Source: Octopus vulgaris (taxonomy: Eukaryota). Taken from it: 64,000 nt of DNA. Below are positions 1 to 11,292 of this stretch, one piece after another. The position numbers and the translations under genes are program-made. Numbering within the stretch: position 1 is the stretch's first letter; every line of letters begins with the position of its first letter. Below the pieces are notes generated by a model. The model made no database searches. It worked only from the letters and a program-made list of their open reading frames with translations, and was not told the DNA's origin. The stretch is from contig OX597828.1 of assembly GCA_951406725.2 (NCBI GenBank), positions 66,340,001-66,404,000 of the forward strand, given 5' to 3'.

Positions 1-523
1 GTGGTCTTAAGATATTAATATTTAAAATATACTTGAGGAATTTGGGAGTTGAGGAATGTATATTGACCAATGAAAACTTTATTTGTAATAAATAGAAAAG
101 GCAGAGCTGTGTGTACAAGCCAATAAAGTTCAGAGGAAATTTGGCTGTGTAACAAAGTGATTAAGTTGGACTGTTGAGGTGATGTATGAAGAGACCATTC
201 CTGTAGAAAAAAAATAATAATATATTTAAGTTGAAGAAGAAAACCAGAAGATAAAATCTAAGTTTTCATCTAATAAAACTGTAATCTTAATGAATTATTA
301 GAAAGAGATGTTTTTGTTATTTGTTGTTGTTTCTTTGCATCTTGTGTTGAAGACAAAGGAGTATCATTTATCTTTCCCTGCCCAGTATTTTATCAATGTA
401 TCGTTTTACAGCTTTTCTGTTCTGGTAAAAATAGTTGATTAGATCTGTGGTTCTCAACCTTTTACAGTTTAGAACCTAATAAATGTTTTACAGCTTTTTC
501 TCTCCCATTCTGTCTTTTATTTA

Positions 524-887
524 TTACTTGTTTCAGTCACTGGTCTGCAGCCATGCTGGGGCACCAGTTTGAAGGGTTTTTTAGAGGAACAAACTGACCC
601 TAGTACTTGCTTTTAGATCTGGTACTTATTCAATTGGTCCCTTTTGTTGAACTGCTAAGTTATGGGGAGGTAAACAAATCAACACCAATTGTCAAGCAGT
701 GGTGGTGGTGGCAGGGAACACACACACACACACATGGTGGCTTTCCAGACAGTTTCCTCCAACCAAATTCATTCACAAGGCATTGGTCAGCTTGGAGCTA
801 TAGTTGAAGACACTTGCCCATAGTACATGCAGAGGGTTTGAACCCGAAACCATGTGGTTACAAAGTAAGTTTCTTCTTAACCACACA
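524..887 (-). mobile_element. tRNA-derived SINE, family B (diverged copy)
   Basis: Reverse complement reads ..aaccacatggtttcgggttcaaaccc..gggcaagtgtcttc.., then an internal (TG)n and the tail ggtgccccagcatggctgcag..gactgaaacaagtaa. Same layout as the copies at 10009, 19687, 24187 and 60407. Confidence 0.8.
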
Positions 888-905
888 TACATTTCTTTTT
901 TGCAG

Positions 906-946
906 AAAAAACATGGATTCCCAACAGATTATGGAAATTACTGAAG
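906..946 (+). other. candidate 41-bp exon (unverified)
   Basis: Acceptor tttcttttttgcAG (ends 905) and donor AAG|GTATGA (946/947). Two frames are open (KNMDSQQIMEITE, KTWIPNRLWKLLK). No recognisable homology. Confidence 0.2.
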
Positions 947-1126
947 GTATGAGCTTATATAACAAAATTACATTGTACTTTGGTACATCAGTCCAGTCAA
1001 GTTTACATTCTCTGATAACATGTTTTCATCCTGATGAACATTCTGTTTTGAAAATGTGTTTAAAACATAACTATTGTAACTGATTTAAACATTATAATAC
1101 CTGGTTTAAATATTATAGTTCTAAGA

Positions 1127-1339
1127 AGGTGGTGAGTTAGTAGAAGCATTAGCATGCTGGGCAAAATGCTTAATGGCATTTCATCCGTCTTTATGTTCTG
1201 AGTTCAAATTCCACCAAGGTTAATCTTGCCTCTCATCCTTCTGGGGTTGACAAAATGAGTACCAGTTGAGCACTGTGGTCGATATAATCGACTTAATCCC
1301 TCCCTAGAACTTGCTGGCCTTGTGCCAAAATTTGAAACC
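1127..1339 (+). mobile_element. tRNA-derived SINE, family A (short-tail variant A2)
   Basis: Head ggtggtgagttagtagaa..gagttcaaattcc (B-box-like), core cctctcatccttctggggttgacaaaatgagtaccagtt. Flanking duplication aatattatagtt(c/t)taaga at 1109-1126 and 1340-1357. Confidence 0.85.
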
Positions 1340-1399
1340 AATATTATAGTTTTAAGAGAAATTAAAACTCCTCTAAATATCCCGTGCCCTCTTTAGTGC

Positions 1400-1757
1400 A
1401 GTGTTGATATGCATCACCCTCATTCCAAAAGCTGAAGCAGTTGTATGGGGAACACTGCCCCACCCACCATATTTGCTGGACATTGCCCCATCTGATCATT
1501 ATTTATTCCATAGTCTTCAAAATCATTTGGATGGAAAAAGTATGAATTCTGTAGATGAGATCAGAACAATACTGGAGGATTATTTTTTGTCATGGACAGG
1601 TAAATTTGGAAAGAGGTGCCTTGTAAGTCGACAGATGGAAGAGCATTGTATAAAATGAAGGAGAGTGTATTTTAGATTTAAAAAAAGAACTTTGTTTATC
1701 TTAATTTTGAAAAAATAAAAGTATAAAAGAAACTGCATTATTTATGGGATGACCCAA
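1400..1757 (+). mobile_element. mariner transposase C-terminal relic with right TIR
   Basis: LPHPPYLLDIAPSDHYLFHSLQNHLDGK matches the mariner PHPPYSPDLAPSDY.LF..LQN motif. Ends ..ttatttatgggatgacccaa followed by TA (1758-1759). Confidence 0.9.
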
Positions 1758-2107
1758 TATTTTACCTGTTTATTTTCCCAAGTTACAAAATGATTTTAAT
1801 TACATTTCCACAAGACATTTTTATAACTTACAAATACAGGTAGCTGCATGATAATCATAGAATTTCATATCGACACTAACAAATTCTTGAGTTGTGGAGG
1901 GGTTTATAGCGAGTGGAAAAGGGATGTATTCTACATTGTCCCTTTTTCTTTTATATCCTCTTTAGTTTAGGTCATTTTCAGAAAAACATTACTACCTGAA
2001 ACATGACTAGTGACCATTTTATAGAAAGTAAAATAGATGCGAGTTATGTATGTACCTTAATCAAAAGTATAATTTTATGCATTTCATAGTTTTTGAACAC
2101 AGGACAG

Positions 2108-2645
2108 CCTGCTGTACTTACCTTGGATCGTAGAGTGACCTGCTGTGCTTGAGGAGACCTACTGAGTCAAGTACATCAACATCAAAAAATCAAATGGAAA
2201 TTGTAGTTGTGATACCATCTGTACGTGACCGGTGCCAGTGCCACCTTGACTGGCTTCCGTGCCGGTGGCATGTAAAAAGAACAAATGATCGTGGTCATTG
2301 CCAGCCTACCCTTGCACCTGTGCCAGTAGCACCTAAAAGCACCATCCGTATGTGGCTGATGCCAGCGCCACCTTGACTAGCTTCCGCACCGGTGGCATGT
2401 AAAAAGCACCATTTCGAGTGTGGCTGTTGCCAGCCACCCTTGGCATCTGTGCCAGTGGCACGTAAAAAGCACCCACTACACTCACGGAGTGGTTGGCGTT
2501 AGGAAGGGCATCCAGCTGTAGAAACTCTGCCAGATCAGACTGGAGCTTGGCACAGCCTCCTGGCTTACCAGATCCCAGTCGAACTATCCAACCCATGCTA
2601 GCATGGAAAACGGATGTTAAATGATGATGATGATGATGATGATAA
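2108..2645 (+). mobile_element. 5'-truncated RTE LINE 3' end (family C) with (GAT)n tail
   Basis: Same sequence as the 3' UTR of the RTE at 26600-27109 (ggttggcgttaggaagggcatccagctgtagaaac..catgctagcatggaaa..(gat)n). Four internal units of about 62-65 bp. Confidence 0.85.
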
Positions 2646-2870
2646 TGTTGAAAGTATGAGGTGGGCATTCAGTAAATAATAACAGTCAGTAAGTACAACT
2701 ACAGTCTTATAAAACTATGATGAAACACAACCTCCAACAATGTTTTTCCAATTGTAAGTGCATCCCTGCTTGTTTAAATTCACTTCATAGCAATGACTTG
2801 TGTCAGCTTATATCAGTTAATGAAATGAAATATCAGTCTGTTGTTGATTCCTCAATCGTATTTCTGATGT

Positions 2871-3283
2871 GACGAGCTGGCAGAAACGTTAGCACGCCGG
2901 GCGAAATGCTTTGCGGTATTTCGTCTGCCGTTACGTTCTGAGTTCAAATTCCGCCGAGGTTGACCTTACCTTTCATCCTTTCGTGGTCGATTAAATAAGT
3001 ACCAGTTACGCGCTGCGGTCGATGTAATTGACTTAATCCATTTGTCTGTCCTTGTTTGTCCCCTCTGTGTGTAGCCCATTGGGGGCAGTAAAGAAATAGG
3101 TATTTCGTAGGCCGTTACGTTCTGAGTTCAAATTCTGCCGAGGACGACTTTGCCTTTCATCCTTTCGGGGTTGATAAATTAAGTACCAGTTACACACTGG
3201 AGACGATGTAATTGACTTAATCCGTTTGTCTGTCCTTGTTTGTCCCCTCTGTGTGTAGCCCTTTGTGGGCAGTAAAGAAATAG
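2871..3283 (+). mobile_element. SINE family A head-to-tail dimer
   Basis: Full monomer 2871-3098, then a second monomer starting at the internal ggtatttc site. One TSD gtatttctgatgt at 2858-2870 and 3284-3296. Confidence 0.9.
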
Positions 3284-3408
3284 GTATTTCTGATGTAGAA
3301 CATAAATAAAAAAGGTTCAGTTTCATATTTCATTACGATTCATTCTTTTTAAGGATCATAGGTTAACAGAATCAGCAGAATACTGAAAAATTGACCTAAG
3401 TATATTCG

Positions 3409-3843
3409 ACCCTTTAATATTCAGATTACTCTGTCAAATGTAATGCTTATTTATTTACATTGTTTTGAATTATTCATGTAATGTCTTGTATCTTTGAGAT
3501 TTTGATGTTGTGATGGTTTATTTTTTTGGAATGGCATTGTGTAGGGTAGGTGTGAGAGGCCGAATCTGGTCTGTCTGAACATAAAACAGATAGAATATTT
3601 GGGTCTAATATAGTCAGTTTAACCCTTTAGTGTTCACATTATTCTGCCAAAATTAATCCATTTTTATCCACATTGTTTTGAACTAATCATGCATTATCTT
3701 GTAGCTATGAGATTTTGATGAGGTAGCTGTTAATTTTTAAAACGATATTGTAGGGTTGGTGTGAGAGACCAGATCTGACCAGTTTGAACATAGAACAGGC
3801 AGAATACTTTTGGCCAGATATGGCCGGTTTAAATGCTAAAGGG
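3409..3843 (+). mobile_element. two adjacent/nested piggyBac-like MITEs
   Basis: Younger copy 3623-3843 reads TTAA|CCCTTTAG...GCTAAAGGG|TTAA. An older homologous copy lies at 3409-3618. Further copies at 29245-29453 and ~47237-47390. Confidence 0.75.
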
Positions 3844-5554
3844 TTAAATTCTGCTAGGGTTGAGTTTGTATTTTATCTTTCCAGGGAATTGATAGAATAT
3901 ATTTCATCAGTTGATTCAAGCAACGATGCCTATAAAACCAAATGCCAAACAGATCAAGATACATTACCATCCAATGAATAGATTCTGATTTATTAAAGAC
4001 ACTTAGCTACGAGAAGATCTCTTTGCTGTAGAAATCACTGTCTAAATGGTGAAGCGGGGAATGATTCTTCAATAGGAAGACAAAAATAGAAAATATAACA
4101 CAAATAAAGCATAGAAGATTAGTTTTCTATTTCTCATATCAACAATGCTAATCCAACAATATCTATTGATTTAATTTATTTTATGAGGAATATTTCTCTG
4201 CTTGCAATAAATATGAACTATTAATTCTATCTCTGATAGCAACACAAGTTATTTTTAACGGTCTGACTCTAATGATATTTAGATAACATTCACACGAATT
4301 CCATTTTTGTCTTCAATTTATTATCATTGATAGACAGAGAAATTAATAATAACTTAGGGTAAATGATGTTATTATGGAGGCTAAGTCAACCACTAAAATA
4401 CCCATATGATTAACAGGGTACCATATGATTAACAGGGTACCTGTGATTTAGAAGCATAGTGCACAAATAGCTTTTATGTGAAATGACCACTTTATATTCC
4501 CCAAATGCTGAGGGAACACAAAGGAAACTTAAAGATTTATGCAGGATCAGAAAATTATTTCAAAATAATTGTTTGATTGGATATTCTTTATTTACTTTCA
4601 TGGAAAATATTTGGTTTGACATGCGAATCTAACACTCATTTTTTTTCAGTTAGCTCATTGATCTCCCTTAATCCTTATCTACTTTGCTGGCAAGTATGTG
4701 TGTCAGAAAAGATTTACTGTCTTATCTAGAGAAAGAGTTCAGAACTGGCAGACAAATATGAACCAACCAACCTTTCTACTATGATATTGACATGTTATCC
4801 ACCTGGCTGTTTGAACAATTGATATAGAATTCCATAAAGATAAACATCAACTGCAAAATAACGCAAAAGCTGAGCTGTAGACTGAAATAGAAAGCAAAGA
4901 AAATGTGTAAGAATTCAAGAATGATGAGAAGGATAAATACCATTTGTACTATAACAATCCTGATAAGTAAATAAGAAAGAAGAGAAAGATATCAGGGAAA
5001 GCAAGCAACTACAAAGTATCCCTTTAAAGTTACTAAAATATCAAAGATAACAAAGAAGAATTTTCTGAGGAAATTGCCAAAGAATTATTTTCAAGATAGG
5101 ATAACATATAGAGAATAATTCTAAATAATCTTGTAAAACAGTGATGTCATTTAACATCAGTTTACCATAGTGTGAAGAATTCCATTCAACTTTGAGAAAG
5201 AAGAATGATTAAGGGCCATAGACAAAAAACAAAAGTACCATATGTGAAGAAGGAGTCTCTGTTTGATCAGAAATATTGCAAGATCCGTTATAGCATAAAT
5301 AATGATTAAAATATTTGGTAGAGACGAATATATACTGGTGGTGCTCCAGCATGGTCACAGCCTTTGGACTGAAATGCGTAAAAGTATAAAGGAATATGAA
5401 TAATGTCATAGAGATAAGACTTTGGATCATAGCATCTACTTTAAAAGTACAATGAAACAAAACATGGAAAGAGCCCTGGAGATATCTGTCTTGGAATTAG
5501 ACCATCTGGAGGAGACACTGTGACTTTGACAAATAATACAGAATCTTAGTAGTT

Positions 5555-5735
5555 TACTACTACTACTACTACTGCCACTGCTGCAACCACCACCACCACC
5601 ACCACCTCCTCCTACTACTACTACTACTGCCACTGCTGCAACCACCACCACCACCACCACCACCACCTCCTCCTACTACTACTACTACTACTACTACCAT
5701 CACCACCACCACCACTACTACTACTACTACCGGTA
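5555..5735. repeat. (ACT)n/(ACC)n compound trinucleotide repeat with internal block duplication
   Basis: Read directly; the block actgccactgctgcaaccacc..cctcctcct occurs twice. Confidence 0.95.
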
Positions 5736-6001
5736 CTAATAGGGAAAGACATTGCTTATAACATTTGCAAGTTTTCCCAGACAGAAGAGGCAGATTATGT
5801 TTGATGTTCTGCAAACCAATGCCAGCCCATAAAACAGGAAACGTATGGGTGGGGGTGGGGTGGGGCGGAGAAATGCTTGATGGTAGCATTTCTTGGAATA
5901 AAGGGTTGAGATAAATGTTTAGTACTAGGTTTGAAATACATTAGGGATGAGGAGAGAAGGCAGTGAGCTTGATCAAAGAGGAAGACAGCATGATATTTCA
6001 A

Positions 6002-7978
6002 GGCGGCGAGCTGGCAGAAACGTTAGCACGCCGGGCGAAATGCTTAGCAGTATTTCGGCTGCCGCTACGTTCTGAGTTCAAATTCCGTTGAGGTCAACTT
6101 TGCCTTTCATCCTTTCGGGGTTGATAAATTAAGTACCAGTTACACACTGGGGTCGATGTAATTGACTTAATCCGTTTGTCTATCCTTGTTTGCCCTCTCT
6201 GTTTCATCCTTTCGGGGTTGATAAATTAAGTACCAGTTACACACTGGGGTCGATGTAATTGACTTAATCCGTTTGTCTATCCTTGTTTGTCCTCTCTGTT
6301 TCATCCTTTCGGGGTTGATAAATTAAGTACCAGTTACACACTGGGGTCGATGTAATTGACTTAATCCGTTTGTCTATCCTTGTTTGTCCTCTCTGTTTCA
6401 TCCTTTCGGGGTTGATAACTTAAGTACCAGTTACACACTGGGGTCGATGTAATTGACTTAATCCGTTTGTCTATCCTTGTTTGTCCTCTCTGTTTCATCC
6501 TTTCGGGGTTGATAAATTAAGTACCAGTTACACACTGGGGTCGATGTAATTGACTTAATCCGTTTGTCTATCCTTGTTTGCCCTCTCTGTTTCATCCTTT
6601 CGGGGTTGATAAATTAAGTACCAGTTACACACTGGGGTCGATGTAATTGACTTAATCCGTTTGTCTATCCTTGTTTGCCCTCTCTGTTTCATCCTTTCGG
6701 GGTTGATAAATTAAGTACCAGTTACACACTGGGGTCGATGTAATTGACTTAATCCGTTTGTCTATCCTTGTTTGCCCTCTCTGTTTCATCCTTTCGGGGT
6801 TGATAAATTAAGTACCAGTTACACACTGGGGTAGATGTAATTGACTTAATCCGTTTGTCTATCCTTGTTTGTCCTCTCTGTTTCATCCTTTTGGGGTTGA
6901 TAAATTAAGTACCAGTTACACACTGGGGTCGATGTAATTGACTTAATCCGTTTGTCTATCCTTGTTTGTCCTCTCTGTTTCATCCTTTCGGGGTTGATAA
7001 ATTAAGTACCAGTTACACACTGGGGTCGATGTAATTGACTTAATCCGTTTGTCTATCCTTGTTTGCCCTCTCTGTTTCATCCTTTCGGGGTTGATAAATT
7101 AAGTACCAGTTACACACTGGGGTCGATGTAATTGACTTAATCCGTTTGTCTATCCTTGTTTGTCCTCTCTGTTTCATCCTTTCGGGGTTGATAACTTAAG
7201 TACCAGTTACACACTGGGGTCGATGTAATTGACTTAATCCGTTTGTCTATCCTTGTTTGCCCTCTCTGTTTCATCCTTTCGGGGTTGATAAATTAAGTAC
7301 CAGTTACACACTGGGGTTGATGTAATTGACTTAATCCGTTTGTCTATCCTTGTTTGTCCTCTCTGTTTCATCCTTTCGGGGTTGATAACTTAAGTACCAG
7401 TTACACACTGGGGTCGATGTAATTGACTTAATCCGTTTGTCTATCCTTGTTTGCCCTCTCTGTTTCATCCTTTCGGGGTTGATAAATTAAGTACCAGTTA
7501 CACACTGGGGTCGATGTAATTGACTTAATCCGTTTGTCTATCCTTGTTTGTCCTCTCTGTTTCATCCTTTCGGGGTTGATAAATTAAGTACCAGTTACAC
7601 ACTGGGGTTGATGTAATTGACTTAATCCGTTTGTCTATCCTTGTTTGTCCTCTCTGTTTCATCCTTTCGGGGTTGATAAATTAAGTACCAGTTACACACT
7701 GGGGTCGATGTAATTGACTTAATCCGTTTGTCTATCCTTGTTTGTCCTCTCTGTTTCATCCTTTCGGGGTTGATAAATTAAGTACCAGTTATACACTGGG
7801 GTCGATGTAATTGACTTAATCCGTTTGTCTATCCTTGTTTGTCCTCTCTGTTTCATCCTTTCGGGGTTGATAAATTAAGTACCAGTTATACACTGGGGTC
7901 GATGTAATTGATTTAATCTGTTTGTCTGTCCTTGTTTGTCCTCTCTGTGTTTCGCCCCTTGTGGGTAGTAAAGAAATA
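6002..7978 (+). mobile_element. SINE family A copy containing an internal tandem amplification
   Basis: One head (ggcggcgagctggcagaaacg..gagttcaaattcc) and one tail (..gtgggtagtaaagaaata). TSD gatatttcaa at 5992-6001 and 7979-7988. Confidence 0.92.
6105..7947 (+). repeat. tandem array, 19 x 97-bp SINE-core unit
   Basis: Unit tttcatcctttcggggttgataaattaagtaccagttacacactggggtcgatgtaattgacttaatccgtttgtctatccttgtttgyCctctctg recurs every 97 bp (cctttcgggg at 6111, 6208, 6305 ... 7857). Only scattered SNPs, no spacers. Confidence 0.98.
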
Positions 7979-8142
7979 GATATTTCAAAGCAGAAAAGAG
8001 CCATTGTAGCAACACTAGAAGACATTAAGGAATTATGTGATACATTGGAACGTTAGAAAATGCAGTATGGTGGTGATGTGAAGGTTAGTCAATCAGCTGG
8101 ACATAATCTTAATACCTGAGCCTATATGCATGTGTGTATGCA

Positions 8143-8180
<38 letters not shown>

Positions 8181-8825
8181 GTGACAGCAAGAACTCTAGA
8201 CCTGTGCTTTGTTGATAGTCATCAATCATGGAGAGCTGAAGAAATTTTCTGGTCCTGAAGCCAAATATTTCAGTGATCCAGAACTAAAAAGTACACAGAA
8301 ATATTCATAAATAATCATAATGGCCAATGTTCAATCAAAATGACAATGTTCAATCATGCAAATAATATCTGTTAGTTGGAATGGAAACAGAATTCAGGTG
8401 ATGTTGGGGCCTGAAGTTTCTCCAGGCATCAAAGAGATTTATTCAGAGAATATTATTTCTGTGGAACCCTACCGATATTAATGTTTGGTAAACAATGGAG
8501 AAATAGAGATCTATGTCTAAGAAATGTTAAAGAGAAATAACCATTTGAACTACTAAGAATCTAGAAGTATTATCCATGAATTAATGACCAGAATTAGGTG
8601 TAGACCATTAGGGTGTGTAGAGGGTGCAAGCATACCTCCTTAAATTTTGGATGGATCCGGGGTGCGGGTGGGGGTGGGACGATGAAAATGCTGTGGATCG
8701 ACCTCCTGAAAAACTTCATTGCCAAAACAAACATTTTTGAACGGATTCAAAATATTAGTTTTCTATTATCAGATTTATCTGATTTGATTGCTGTATAAAT
8801 ATAATAATAATAATAATAATAACAA

Positions 8826-9015
8826 TAGCCAATATCTACACTGGTTAATATGTTGACATTATAAAAATCAAAACTGTTGACAAAGGGTGAAGCACTATCC
8901 TGAGGCTGCAATCAAGGGAGAAAATGTAACAATTCTTTTGAACTTTCCAGTACATACAGACAGAACCATCAAAGCTAATAAACTGGATATTGTTGTGAAA
9001 GACCAAAACAATAAA
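8826..9015 (+). mobile_element. R4/Dong-like non-LTR retrotransposon relic (restriction-like endonuclease region)
   Basis: SQYLHWLIC.HY..KHYPEAAIKGENVTILLNFPVHTDRTIKANKLDIVVKD resembles the RLE motif HW.IC..Y..EH.P...ILWD....DR...NRPDIV. Abuts an (AAT)n run. Confidence 0.75.
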
Positions 9016-9019
9016 GTCT

Positions 9020-9400
9020 CTTTAACTTGTTTCAGTCATGTGGCTGTGGCCATGCTGGAGCACACTTTTAGTTGAGCAAATCAACCCCAGGACTTATTCT
9101 TTGTAAGCCTAATACTTATTCTATCAGTCTCTTTTGCCGAATCGCTAAGTTACGGGGACATAAGCACACCAGCATCGGTTGTCAAGCGATGTTGGGAGAC
9201 AAGCAATTTCATTCCTGCACTTATGGCACAGATAGACATGGCTGTGGGGTTAAAAAGTTCATTTAACAAATTGTGGTCTTAGGTTTAATCCCACTGCCTG
9301 AAATTATCTTCTACCATAACCTCAGGTTGACTAATAATAGCTCGTTAATGAAGTTTAGCTGGTGGAAAATGAGTCAAAAAACCCATCGTACATACCTACA
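9020..9400. mobile_element. SINE family B fragments (minus-strand tail half 9020-9195; diverged plus-strand head ~9232-9400)
   Basis: Homologous to the tail and head of the copy at 10009-10405. Confidence 0.7.
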
Positions 9401-10008
9401 CACACGAACACACATGTACATAAAAATGTTTATCTTTTGCAATTTGAATTGATGAGAAACTGAAAGACCATTGACACTTTCTTGTTGTTTTCCCCTTAGA
9501 GAAATCTGGTGAATCAATGATAGGCCGGTTGCCAACCCTGATATTGTTTACAAATTGCTTTATAAAATAGTAATAACTAAAATAAAAAGTCAGTTTACTT
9601 CAGGGTCTCTGAGAGGAATTTCGCACTAAAGAAAAGGACATCTTTCAGGTCCCTGATGATAAGGAAAGTGTCCTCTGAAAATTTAAGGGAGCTGTGAGGT
9701 CTTTATATCTTTGATCCTTTCAGTACCATATTTCTGTTGAAATATGCAGCATTTATTCCAGTTAATTTTGAAAATAATGAAGAACTTGTAAAAATAATTT
9801 CATCCTTATTAAGCTGGCATTTGGAACATAAATTTACACGGAATTTTGAAGGAAAGCTTTAATTAAAATTACAGTAAAATTTTATCATAAAAACAGGGGC
9901 TGACTCAGATGAGTTGGTTTCAAAGGGGTCAAAGGTGGCCCCCATCTATCCAATATTGTCCCTCCCACACATACAATGGCTTTCCATTTCTTATAGTCCT
10001 TGGCATAC

Positions 10009-10405
10009 TTACTCTTTTACTCATTTCAGTCATTTGACTGTGGTCATGCTGGAGCACCACCTTTAGTCGAGGAAATCGACCCCATGACTTATTCTTTGCA
10101 AGCCTAGTACTTATTCTATCGGTCTCTTTTGCCGAACTGCTAAGTTACGGGGATGTAGACACACCAGCATAGGTTGTCAAGCGATGTTGGGGGGACAAAC
10201 ACAGACACACAAACATACACACACACACACATATATATATACATATATACGACGGGCTTCTTTCAGTTTCCGTCTACCAAATCCACTCACAAGGCTTTGG
10301 TCAGCCCGAGGCTATAGTAGAAGACACTTGCCCAAGGTGCCACACAGTGGGACTGATCCCGGTACCATGTGGTTCGTAAGCAAGCTACTTATCACACAGC
10401 CACTC
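10009..10405 (-). mobile_element. tRNA-derived SINE family B, near full length
   Basis: Reverse complement gives tggctgtgtgataag (A-box region), gggatcagtccc (B-box-like), ccttgggcaagtg (CORE-like), a (TA/TG)n linker and the tail ggtgctccagcatg..gactgaaa..gtaaaagag. Confidence 0.9.
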
Positions 10406-10875
10406 ATGGAAGAAGTCTATCATGTATAGTGAATACATCTCTTCATCTCTGAGAACTCGATATTAAATGGGTTGGAGAAGAAGTAATTTCAAGGGGAAAT
10501 GGGGATTTCAGACAAAACAATTATGTTAGGGGCAATTTTGTTGAAGCTGTTGTAATATTTACAACTTCAACTTGTAAAGGTGTAAAGATGTATGTACAAT
10601 AAAACAAACTTGAATATGAAGAAATATCGGAAATGAAATCTATTGGTTGAAAGCAGTGTAGCCTGAAGCACATATTTACAAATTGGTAAAAGTGATAAGA
10701 CTAGTGCCACAACTAAATGCTATTAGCTATTAATCACGCTATTAATCACGAGATAGTAATGGATATCAATAGTGAAAGACATGAAAGGAAGACACAACAA
10801 AGTCAGAAACAATTTTCTGAATGGGAATAAAAATCTTTGCAGATCTAAAGGTGTCTAAGTAGAACTGTAGTGTAA

Positions 10876-10964
10876 ACACACACACTCTCTCTCTCTCTCT
10901 CTCACACACACTCTCTCTCTCTCTCTCACACACACACTCTCTCTCTCTCTCTTACACACACGCA

Positions 10965-10996
<32 letters not shown>

Positions 10997-11292
10997 CTCT
11001 CTCTCTCACACACACTCTCTCTCTCTCACACACACACACACTCTCTCTCTCACACACACACACTCTCTCTCTCTCTCACACACACACTCTCTCTCTCTCT
11101 CACACACACACTCTCTCTCTCTCTCACACACACACTCTCTCTCACACACACTCTCTCTCACACACACACTCTCTCTCTCTCACACACACACACTCTCTCT
11201 CTCTCACACACTCTCTCACACACACTCTCTCTCACACACACACACTCTCTCTCACACACACACTCTCTCTCTATCTCTCACACACACACACA
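10876..11292. repeat. alternating (CA)n(CT)n compound microsatellite
   Basis: Read directly; about 415 bp. Confidence 0.97.

Noticed and set aside
4402-4441. 20-bp tandem duplication (also a 12-bp one near 10727-10751)
   Set aside because: Ordinary slippage duplications with no further structure.
4700-5300. A-rich LINE-like or coding relic (IPLKLLK..EEFSEEIA)
   Set aside because: Too decayed; stops in all frames and only a vague resemblance.
6105-7947. CRISPR array
   Set aside because: Units are contiguous near-identical 97-mers with no unique spacers, they derive from a SINE, the context is eukaryotic and there are no cas genes.
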